A DNA stretch of 63,491 bases, the filler included. It is 9 parts of 9 records of this genome, joined end to end, with 100 filler letters (N's around TTAATTAATTAA, not from the genome) between each part and the next. Parts side by side here need not be neighbours in the genome. Positions count along the whole stretch, not along the records: positions 39,484 to 44,720 come from SRR31156797_138260; positions 44,821 to 50,285 come from SRR31156797_139271; 7 more parts are not named here. One strand, given 5' to 3'. The position numbers and the translations under genes are program-made. Of this stretch, positions 40,726 through 48,414 are shown in pieces. How positions within the stretch are numbered: the stretch's first letter is position 1; each line of letters opens with the position of its first letter. Under the pieces are notes generated by a model. It did not search any database, was not told where the DNA came from, and worked only from the letters and a program-made list of their open reading frames with translations.

Positions 40726-41434
40726 GCTTCTTCACCATGATATCTCCCCCTTCGTGCCACACGTCCACGACCCCCGCATGGGCCAGGAATACAACCGCCA
40801 TGAACCTCCAGATCAGGTCCGTCCTCGGGCGTTCCCTGAGCGGTGGTATTTCAGCGAGGCTCACGGGACAATCGCGAATATGGACCTGTATGTGGTCCTC
40901 ATAAGCCTTGAGATCAAACCCATCGCCTGTCTCTATGGCCATGCTCTCATCAATGCCTGTAGTCAGGGCGTTCAATGCACCAACGAGGCCAGGCACGCTG
41001 CCAAGATCCGCATAGCCCAGGAGTAACTCACCGGACTGGCTCTCTGCCAACATCTGCCTGACCCGCTCCCGCTGCTCCTTCTTTCGTTTCCGTGACTCAG
41101 CCATCTTCAGCCGAAAGTAGTCTGGGTCAAACACGAGTCCATTGAAGAGGAACTTGGATGTGATGTCACTACCACAGTTGCTGCACTGGTACCGTCTCAC
41201 TCGCAACACGGGAACACCACCGCATTCTGAGCACCGCTGAAAAGCGACAGTCGGATCGAATTCCGTGCGACAGGAGATACACTGGCACATCCCCTCCGAC
41301 GTCATCGCCAACGAGCCACTGCAATTGGGGCAACGATGGCCAGTCAGCATCACACTGTAGAAGAACCTGCGGGCCCTCTCCAGGAAGGCCTCCACAGCCT
41401 CGGCCATCTCAAGGGCCAATAATCTGATGTTCAT
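40649..41434 (-). CDS. Multi zinc-ribbon protein with a ScpA/kleisin-like C-terminal winged helix
   Basis: Likely start MNIRLL at 41434. Four CxxC pairs (CPNC, CISC, CSEC, CSNC), a basic coiled segment, and C-terminal WRFMAVVFLAHAGVVDVWHEGGDIMV. Confidence 0.6.
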   Translation of the reverse strand: MNIRLLALEMAEAVEAFLERARRFFYSVMLTGHRCPNCSGSLAMTSEGMCQCISCRTEFDPTVAFQRCSECGGVPVLRVRRYQCSNCGSDITSKFLFNGLVFDPDYFRLKMAESRKRKKEQRERVRQMLAESQSGELLLGYADLGSVPGLVGALNALTTGIDESMAIETGDGFDLKAYEDHIQVHIRDCPVSLAEIPPLRERPRTDLIWRFMAVVFLAHAGVVDVWHEGGDIMVKKHEVDGERQDVLGESEGTDRVEGLMG

Positions 41435-41750
41435 CGCTCGGCTCTTCGGGCTCGATGGATGTTGGAGTCTGTGAATCGTCCGTTTCCAGCATCCCAGGCT
41501 CCTCTGCCTCGGACGCAATGGCCTGGCTGATGTCACCGGCCTCGGGCTCAACTGACTCTGCTGTCTTGGCCTGCGGGGCCTCTGACCCCTCATGCGGCAC
41601 CAGTTTCTGATTCCTGGGAGTGAATCTACGTCCACAGCTTTTGCATCGGCGGATCTTGCGGATTCCCATAGCCTTGGTTGTTCGCGACCCCTTACTTGTC
41701 GTATCCGTGCTACCGCAGTAGACACATTTGACAGGTCTTCCTCTTGGCAT
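41409..41750 (-). CDS. Small zinc-ribbon protein (IS1 InsA-like ribbon) with an acidic tail
   Basis: KCVYCGSTDTTSKG...RRCKSCGRRFT; GAGGTGAT SD upstream. Confidence 0.7.
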   Translation of the reverse strand: MPRGRPVKCVYCGSTDTTSKGSRTTKAMGIRKIRRCKSCGRRFTPRNQKLVPHEGSEAPQAKTAESVEPEAGDISQAIASEAEEPGMLETDDSQTPTSIEPEEPSDEHQIIGP

Positions 41751-41785
41751 TTGTAATCACCTCACGAGACCTTGAGAGGCCGGAG

Positions 41786-41801
41786 TTTATAAACCTGTCG
41801 G
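41786..41801 (-). promoter_or_regulatory. Archaeal-type BRE/TATA promoter candidate for the zinc-ribbon operon
   Basis: The minus strand reads CCGACAGG-TTTATAAA about 35 bp upstream of ATG 41750, followed by a GAGGTGAT SD. Confidence 0.5.
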
Positions 41802-41821
41802 TTTAGGGCCCGGGGGACAGT

Positions 41822-42010
41822 AGTTTTCGAGTGGAACTTCTGGAGCGACCTGAGCCGCGTGACGACCGTGCCAAGTCTACAGGTCAATGGCAGGCCCCTT
41901 GGTCGCGTATGAGATAAGATGCGAGCGTGTTCCACTGGAAGCCTGCTGCTCAGTGGCTCCATGAGAAGTGGTCCCGTGGCACACGAGTTTTCTAGTGGAA
42001 CCACTGGAAC
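41822..42010. repeat. ORB-like boxes, consensus GTTCCA(C/G)TNG, 4 copies
   Basis: 41822-41837 (-) GTTCCACTCGAAAACT; 41929-41941 (+) GTTCCACTGGAAG; 41986-42001 (-) GTTCCACTAGAAAACT; 41998-42010 (-) GTTCCAGTGGTTC. Confidence 0.65.
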
Positions 42011-42200
42011 GATATGGTTTCCGTCGGTCAAAACGTGCGCCATAGGGGGTACGGAGTTTACACGTCGCTACGTCAGATCATGGAGAGTCACCTGCAATCG
42101 TGCGAGCCGCTCAGTTGATCCCATCCTGCCGTAAACTCTCCCCCACGCATAAACTCCGGGTAGTAGGGGTTGGAGTTTACACGTCATCGAATGCTGATTC

Positions 42201-42250
42201 ATTATCTATTCTATCTTCTATTCTTTTCAATATAGAAGTATATTATATAG
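42201..42250. other. AT-rich tract, candidate DNA unwinding element
   Basis: 41 of 50 bases are A/T in an otherwise GC-balanced contig; flanked by inward-facing GGAGTTTA boxes. Confidence 0.6.
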
Positions 42251-42258
42251 CAAAGCGA

Positions 42259-42278
42259 TTGTCACTGACCAGTGACAA
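42259..42278. promoter_or_regulatory. Perfect inverted repeat, candidate dimeric protein binding site
   Basis: TTGTCACTG-AC-CAGTGACAA. Confidence 0.55.
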
Positions 42279-42400
42279 CAAAGAGCTATGAGATGGCACA
42301 CAACTGGCTGGCGCCTTCACGCTTAAACTCCGACCCCTACCCCTCATAAGATCAGATGCCAGAATAGTGTATAGAAGAAGCTGACGCGTAAACTCCAAGG

Positions 42401-43510
42401 TCACTCAAAGCGAAGCTTGCACGACTGCTCGGCAATCGCCTTATCGAATGTCAGAACGATCCGATTCGTATACGTGCGATCAATCTTGGCAGCCACCAAT
42501 GCCACGAGACCAACACTTTGGAGATATCCCAGGTTGGTATAGAAATACATATAGCTGAATGGTTTGATCTGATGATCGCGGCTATGGCGGCAGTACCGAT
42601 CATAGATATCCTTGACCAGATCTGATTGGCTCGTAGCTGCGGCCCACAGAATGATCAGATTCGCATCAGTCAGATCATTAACCTGGTCAATGACGATGTC
42701 TCTTCTCGCCGCTTCAAAGCATTCCGCAACACTGTCGTCCGGCTCAATCGTCTTATAGAACAAGGTCTTGATAGCCACGCGAGCATCCGAGTTGGTCCGC
42801 TGAGCCGTGAGGGCTGAGATCTGCGCGATGTGACTTTCGTCCCAGCCATTCAATCCCCTGCTGGCTCTGCCGAGCAGGATCTCGCCTAGCTGCTGGGCGT
42901 CGTAGTTTCGAAAGTACAACCGAAGCGGCTGTAGACTGCTGGACGTGGCCGCATCAAGTTGCTTCACCACATGCGGCGTGTTCGAGAGCATGATGACCAT
43001 ATAGGGTTGCTCGCTGCGACTGAGGAAATACAGAATCTCCCGGTTCTTGTCCTTGGGGCTCATCAGGTCCACCTCGTCCATGATCAGCACAGTCCGTTTC
43101 TGAAACTTCATCATAAACCGCTGATAGAGATCCCCCAGACTGGAGCCACCGATCTTCTCCTCGTCCAGCAAACGAGCGAAAATCTTGAAGCTCGTGTTAT
43201 GATGCCGGCAGTTCACATAAAGCACATCGAGTTCTGTCTTCTGAGAGACCATCCGCTGTAGGTACTTCAACATCAATGTCTTCCCCGAACCTCGGCTGCC
43301 GACAATGGCCATATGGGTTGGGATCCCGCTCATCTCGAACCGAAGCATGTGCTTGACGATCTGCTTGACTTCGGTCCGCTCGACCGGCTTTTCTGGTATG
43401 TAGTTGTAGTCGAAAACTGCAAAATCCTTCACTCGGCTTGAGGTTTGACCAAGATCTTCTCTCTTGTTGTCCAGGTAGGACGCGATATCCATGTGACGCA
43501 TCAACTCCAT
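42401..43510 (-). CDS. Orc1/Cdc6 family AAA+ replication initiator
   Basis: FDYNYIPEK, Walker A GSRGSGKT, LYVNC, Walker B LIMDEVD, ILYFLSR, FRNYDAQQLGEILLGRA, SDARVAI, and a wHTH-sized C-terminus. The start could be 43510, 43501 or 43492. Confidence 0.85.
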   Translation of the reverse strand: MELMRHMDIASYLDNKREDLGQTSSRVKDFAVFDYNYIPEKPVERTEVKQIVKHMLRFEMSGIPTHMAIVGSRGSGKTLMLKYLQRMVSQKTELDVLYVNCRHHNTSFKIFARLLDEEKIGGSSLGDLYQRFMMKFQKRTVLIMDEVDLMSPKDKNREILYFLSRSEQPYMVIMLSNTPHVVKQLDAATSSSLQPLRLYFRNYDAQQLGEILLGRASRGLNGWDESHIAQISALTAQRTNSDARVAIKTLFYKTIEPDDSVAECFEAARRDIVIDQVNDLTDANLIILWAAATSQSDLVKDIYDRYCRHSRDHQIKPFSYMYFYTNLGYLQSVGLVALVAAKIDRTYTNRIVLTFDKAIAEQSCKLRFE

Positions 43511-43531
43511 CCCCAGTATCAACTGAGCAAA

Positions 43532-43546
43532 TACTTAAACCTTTCG
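43532..43546 (-). promoter_or_regulatory. Archaeal-type BRE/TATA promoter candidate for the orc1/cdc6 gene
   Basis: The minus strand reads CGAAAGG-TTTAAGTA, ending about 22 bp before ATG 43510. Confidence 0.55.
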
Positions 43547-43647
43547 CGCCTCTCGGCAGTAGCAACCCAACAGGTGTCATCCGACTCACTGCTGAGCCGC
43601 CCATAAAAGCGCAACATATAAATAGTAGCGGCGCCATTAGGTCCCGT

Positions 43648-44720
43648 ATGAGACTCAAAGACTGGTGGCGTAACTGGCATCCGGAGGAATTGCTCGAAAG
43701 CTATCTACCGGATTTCATCCTGGCCTTCGCGTTCTTTACTTCAGTGGTCTATGCCGTTCTCGGCAAACGGTTTCAAAAACAACGGCCGGCAATTGCGATG
43801 TCGACGGCGATTGGCTTTGCTCTTTCCTTCGGCCTCGTATGGTGGGAGCAGGCAAATGACTTCTCCATTAAGAACCTCGGGCCAATCGCTGTCGGCTTTG
43901 CCCTTCTGCTGTTGGCCTTCGTCATGTACCAGTCCATTCACCAGATAGGTGGCTCTTGGGCTGGAGCAGGAATTACCATCGGACTAGCGATCATCATCGC
44001 CCAGTTGGTGGGAATGCCCATTCCCGTCGCCACCGAAATCATTCAGACAATCATCGTCGTTGCTTTGATCTTCGGATTGCTCGCCTTCATGTCGCACCGG
44101 CATCATCTGACTCCCCGAGTCCGTCCCTCCAAAACAGAATTACCAGATATCAAACACACCATGGCCAACCTCTATCGCCAGCGTCACCTCTCCAAAGGGC
44201 TTGACCATGGCCTGCAGAAACTCCGTAAGAAAGCCAAGACGCTCCAGGAACGTCCAGAAGAAGGCGGCAATATCCTTCGCCAGATCAAACGCATGCTACC
44301 GGCTCAGGGCTATCTGACCGAACGCATGGCCCAGCTTCGGGCCAAGGCCCATCAGGTTCGTAGTGGCCACATTGCCCGCCTCGAAGAAACACGTCAGGCA
44401 TTTGCCAAGCTGCCAACTCCGGCCAAGAAGAAGGCTGCCGCAGAACTCGCGGCCCGATACAACCAGATGGTCGGAATTGAGACCCGCCTCGAACGGCTTG
44501 ACCATGCGGCCGCCGAAAACGAAAAGCGCATCCGCGAACTGACTGCGAAGGCACAGGAATACACGGCCAAGTACGATTACCAGCAGCTTTGCCACACCCT
44601 AAAGGCCGCAGAGAAACTCCAGCATCACAACTCCAAGCTCATCAAGACTATCGAGCAGACAGAACACAAGCTCTCCGCAGTCGCGAAGGAAGTAGCAAAG
44701 GAGGTGAAGCAAGTTGAAAA
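43648..44720 (+). CDS. Membrane protein (about 5 TM) with a long C-terminal coiled coil (3'-truncated)
   Basis: Start MRLKDWW at 43648; hydrophobic N-half and heptad-rich C-half; TATAAATA at 43617-43624 and no obvious SD. Confidence 0.7.
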
Positions 44721-44820
44721 NNNNNNNNNNNNNNNNNNNNNNNNNNNNNNNNNNNNNNNNNNNNTTAATTAATTAANNNNNNNNNNNNNNNNNNNNNNNN
44801 NNNNNNNNNNNNNNNNNNNN
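44721..44820. other. Artificial contig spacer
   Basis: N-TTAATTAATTAA-N linker. Confidence 0.99.
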
Positions 44821-44822
44821 AG

Positions 44823-45380
44823 GAGGCACCCGCAACGGCTGATCCGGAGGTGGCACCCGCAACGGCTGATCCGGAAACCACCGCAACCAATACCCGGGAA
44901 AATGAAATTGCCATTGCCAAAGAGGCCCTGGAAAATATCCTGGCCCTGATTCCCATGGAAGGGATAACCGTTAAGGGCAGACTGGAAGACGGCTCGGTGA
45001 ACCTCAACATAGAAGGGGACAAAACGGGTCTTCTGATCGGTCGTAAAGGCAAAACCCTTGACGCTCTCCAGTTTATCGTCAATAAAATCGTCAATAAATC
45101 TCTGGAAAAAAGATCCCGTGTAATCATAGACTCTGAAAACTATCGACTGAGACGGCAGGAGTTCCTGGTCCAGATGGCGCTGAAAATGGGTGACAAGGCC
45201 AAAAAGATCAAGCGGCCTGTGACCACCAATCTCCTCAATCCCCACGACAGAAGGATTGTTCACCTGGCCCTCAGGGACGATGATGAGCTGGGCACCAAAG
45301 GAAAAGGAGAAGGGATTCTGAAAAAGGTGGTCATTATTCCCAGGAAATACGGTTCCTCACGGGCATCCAGAGCCCAATAA
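44823..45380 (+). CDS. jag: RNA-binding protein Jag/EloR (KH + R3H), 5'-truncated
   Basis: LLIGRKGKTLDALQ, DSENYR and DRRIVHLAL; upstream of mnmE. Confidence 0.92.
   Translation, partial: EAPATADPEVAPATADPETTATNTRENEIAIAKEALENILALIPMEGITVKGRLEDGSVNLNIEGDKTGLLIGRKGKTLDALQFIVNKIVNKSLEKRSRVIIDSENYRLRRQEFLVQMALKMGDKAKKIKRPVTTNLLNPHDRRIVHLALRDDDELGTKGKGEGILKKVVIIPRKYGSSRASRAQ
44825..44875 (+). repeat. Coding tandem repeat, 27-bp period
   Basis: GGCACCCGCAACGGCTGATCCGGA at 44825 and 44852, encoding APATADPE. Confidence 0.85.
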
Positions 45381-45464
45381 CCATTTTTGATTTTACATTT
45401 TTCCACATCGGCCTCAAAACGTAAGGGCTCCCTGAAACCGAACCCCACATGAGGCTTGGTTCTT

Positions 45465-46850
45465 ATGCCCTCAACAGAAGATACCATCGCGGCCATCGCC
45501 ACCCCCATTGGTCAAGCAGGGATCGGGATCATCAGGATCAGCGGGCCTGGATCCCTTGAAATCGCAAAAACCGTTTTCACGCCGAAAACCGCTCAGCCTC
45601 TTTTCAAAAGCCATCGCCTGTACATGGGATATATTTGCGATCCCGAATCAAAGCATATCATTGACGAAGTCCTCGTCTCTTTCATGGCCGCGCCCAACAG
45701 CTACACCCGTGAAGACGTTTTCGAAATCAACTCGCACAGCGGATATACCCTGCTGTCCGGAATAATGGCGATTCTCATGAGCCTGGGTGCGCGGATGGCT
45801 GAACCGGGAGAATTTACGAAACGTGCCTTCTTGAACGGAAGGATTGATCTTTCGCAGGCAGAGGCCGTGGTTGATCTGATGAATGCGCAATCCGAACGGG
45901 GGTTGCTTCTGGCCGCCCGGCAGATCCGGGGGTCCATCAAAACAGACACCGAGGCCCTGCGGGAAAAAACCATTCATATTCTCGCAAACGCGGAAGCCGC
46001 CATCGATTTCCCCGAAGACGACGTGGAACATCTTTTCAGGGAGGAGGGAGCCGAATCCATAGAAAAAGACCTGGTTCAACCCATCCACATCCTGATTAAG
46101 GCACACGCAGACCGCATATGGGTTGACGGCATCAACACCGCCATCGTGGGCCGCGTCAACGCCGGCAAATCAAGCCTGTTGAACCGCCTCCTGGATGAAC
46201 CAAGGGCCATCGTAACCGACATCCCCGGAACCACCCGGGACGTCATTGAATCCACGCTCAACATTTCCGGCATTCCCCTTCACATCATGGATACCGCAGG
46301 CCTCAGAGAGGTCAAAGACGAGGCGGAGAGACAGGGCATCCATCTCACCCGGCAAAAAATCGCCGAAGCGGATCTTCTGCTGATCGTCATCGACGGGAGT
46401 CGACCCCTCAATTCGGACGATATGGAGATTCTGGCACAATGCGAAAAGAAGAAAGGACTGGTGGTCATCAACAAAATTGATCTGCCCCTGGCCGCAGGTC
46501 ACTGGGAAAAGGCTGATTTCCCGAATCGCTTTCCCACGGTGAAAATCTCGGCGCTGACCGGCCAGGGTCTTGACCAACTGAAGGAAGCCATAAAGGATTC
46601 CATCCTTTCAGACAACTCACTTGCGGCCACAACCTCCCATGCAGTCCCGAACCTGAGACATCGGGAAGCCCTGAAGGCGGCAAAAAAATGTTTTGAAAAC
46701 GCGAGCATAAAGGCAAAAACCGATGCACCCATGGAAATCGTTGCATTTGAACTCAGAACCGGTCTGGAGCACTTAGGGGAAATCACGGGGCAAACCGTCG
46801 GGGATGAAGTTCTGGACAGTATTTTCAGCCAGTTCTGCCTAGGAAAGTAA
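45465..46850 (+). CDS. mnmE: tRNA modification GTPase
   Basis: DTIAAIATP, GEFTKRAFLNGRIDL, GRVNAGKSSL, GTTRD, DTAG, NKID and FCLGK. Confidence 0.97.
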   Translation: MPSTEDTIAAIATPIGQAGIGIIRISGPGSLEIAKTVFTPKTAQPLFKSHRLYMGYICDPESKHIIDEVLVSFMAAPNSYTREDVFEINSHSGYTLLSGIMAILMSLGARMAEPGEFTKRAFLNGRIDLSQAEAVVDLMNAQSERGLLLAARQIRGSIKTDTEALREKTIHILANAEAAIDFPEDDVEHLFREEGAESIEKDLVQPIHILIKAHADRIWVDGINTAIVGRVNAGKSSLLNRLLDEPRAIVTDIPGTTRDVIESTLNISGIPLHIMDTAGLREVKDEAERQGIHLTRQKIAEADLLLIVIDGSRPLNSDDMEILAQCEKKKGLVVINKIDLPLAAGHWEKADFPNRFPTVKISALTGQGLDQLKEAIKDSILSDNSLAATTSHAVPNLRHREALKAAKKCFENASIKAKTDAPMEIVAFELRTGLEHLGEITGQTVGDEVLDSIFSQFCLGK

Positions 46851-46880
46851 CCCGAAAACTGTTGTGATCAAGAGCCGGTT

Positions 46881-48173
46881 TCAATCCTTAAAATAATCTC
46901 TCACCTGCTTGATGGCACAGAATTTCCCGCACATGGTGCACACATCATCCTCTTCAGGTGGATTCTGTTCACGATAGGCCCTGGCTTTCTGAGGGTCAAT
47001 GGCCAGTTTCATCTGGGTTTCCCAGTCCAGATTGCGCCTTGCCACGGCCATTTGCCGATCCCGTTCGATGGCCTGTTTGTTCCCTTTTGCAATGTCCGCT
47101 GCATGGGCGGCGATTTTGGTCACCACCACGCCTTCACGCACATCCGAAACACTCGGCAGGCAGAGATGTTCGGCAGGTGTCACATAGCAGAGGAAATCGG
47201 CACCGGCGGCACCGGCAAGGGCGCCCCCAATGGCGCAGGCCACATGATCATATCCCGCTGCAATATCCGTCACCAATGGTCCCAGCACATAAAACGGGGC
47301 ATGATCGCACATCTTCTTTTGAAGAATAATATTGGTTTCAACCTGGTCCAGCGGCACATGGCCCGGGCCCTCGATCATCACCTGAACATCCCTTTCCCAG
47401 GCCCGTCGGGTCAAATCGCCAAGGGTCATCAGTTCGTGTATCTGGGCTCTGTCCGTTGCATCAGCCAGACAACCCGGCCTCAGGCCATCCCCAAGGCTGA
47501 GGGTGACGTCATACTTTGCCGCTATCTCCAGAAGCCGGTCATATTCCTCGTAAAGGGGATTCTCCTTTCCATGGTGCAGCATCCATGTGGTGAGAAATGA
47601 TCCCCCCCGGCTGACGATATTGGTTATTCGCCCCTGCTTTTTCAACATGTCAAGGGCGGCCAGGGTCAATCCGCAATGAACCGTTATGAAATCCACACCG
47701 TCTTGTGCCTGTTTTTCAATCACCTCAAAAATCTTGTCACTATCGAGCTTGATGAGAGCACCTTTTTCCTCCACTGTCTCAACGATTGCCTGATAGATGG
47801 GAACGGTCCCGATGGCGACCGTTGATTCAGCCAGGATGCTTTTTCTGGATCCATCAATATCCTTTCCCGTGGAAAGATCCATCACCGTATCCGCTCCGGC
47901 CTCAATGGACACGCGAAGCTTTTCCAGTTCCTCTTCAAGAATGGCCTTGTCAGAGGAAGTACCGATGTTGGAATTGACTTTTACCTGCAATCCCTCGCCC
48001 ACACCACAGGGGACCAGGCCCTGATGACGCCTGTTAGCGGGAATGACCACCCTTCCCGAAGCCATCTGCGCCATAAGCCAATCCACATTCACCTGTTCAT
48101 ATTCTGCGACCTTTTCCATTTCCGGGGTAACCACACCGGATCTTGCATCTTTTAACTGAGTCATTTCAAACAC
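46881..48173 (-). CDS. thiC: ThiC-family radical SAM enzyme (HMP-P synthase; BzaA/B/F paralog not excluded)
   Basis: KVNSNIGTS, DTVMDLST, VSRGGS, LSLGDGLRPG, EGPGH and CTMCGKFC. Confidence 0.8.
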   Translation of the reverse strand: MFEMTQLKDARSGVVTPEMEKVAEYEQVNVDWLMAQMASGRVVIPANRRHQGLVPCGVGEGLQVKVNSNIGTSSDKAILEEELEKLRVSIEAGADTVMDLSTGKDIDGSRKSILAESTVAIGTVPIYQAIVETVEEKGALIKLDSDKIFEVIEKQAQDGVDFITVHCGLTLAALDMLKKQGRITNIVSRGGSFLTTWMLHHGKENPLYEEYDRLLEIAAKYDVTLSLGDGLRPGCLADATDRAQIHELMTLGDLTRRAWERDVQVMIEGPGHVPLDQVETNIILQKKMCDHAPFYVLGPLVTDIAAGYDHVACAIGGALAGAAGADFLCYVTPAEHLCLPSVSDVREGVVVTKIAAHAADIAKGNKQAIERDRQMAVARRNLDWETQMKLAIDPQKARAYREQNPPEEDDVCTMCGKFCAIKQVRDYFKD

Positions 48174-48414
48174 TTCCTTACATAGTCTTTATTTTGACAA
48201 ACACGAAACCGTTTTTAATTCCGTAATTTGTTAGTATCTCATAAAAAAGTAAATTATTGCAACCTTTGCGGCACAAAAAAATGCCATTTTCATGTTCTCC
48301 ACGACCGCCGCCCACATCAACCGAACCTTGCCTTTCGGATGTCCGCACATTATACTGAAAAGTATTTCCCACTGCCGTCAATTCACCTAACTTCCAACGG
48401 AGGTTTCATTTTTA

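Larger units (their letters stand above)
41782..42396. repeat. Dispersed GGAGTTTA(H)RCGT boxes, 7 copies in both orientations
   Basis: Plus strand: 41782-41789, 42053-42066, 42172-42185. Minus strand: 42131-42140 (degenerate), 42145-42157, 42319-42331, 42383-42396. Several are preceded by G-strings. Confidence 0.8.

Noticed and set aside
41409-41750. IS1-family insertion sequence
   Set aside because: Only the zinc ribbon resembles InsA; no catalytic InsB/DDE region or terminal inverted repeats were seen.
41762-42291. Short ORFs inside the candidate origin (41762-42043, 41919-42134, 42100-42291)
   Set aside because: No SD or motifs, and they run across the repeats and the AT tract; treated as non-coding.
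41782-42396. Possible CRISPR array or integron attC interpretation of the repeats
   Set aside because: The repeats are short (8-16 bp), irregularly spaced and in both orientations; no cas or intI gene is in view.
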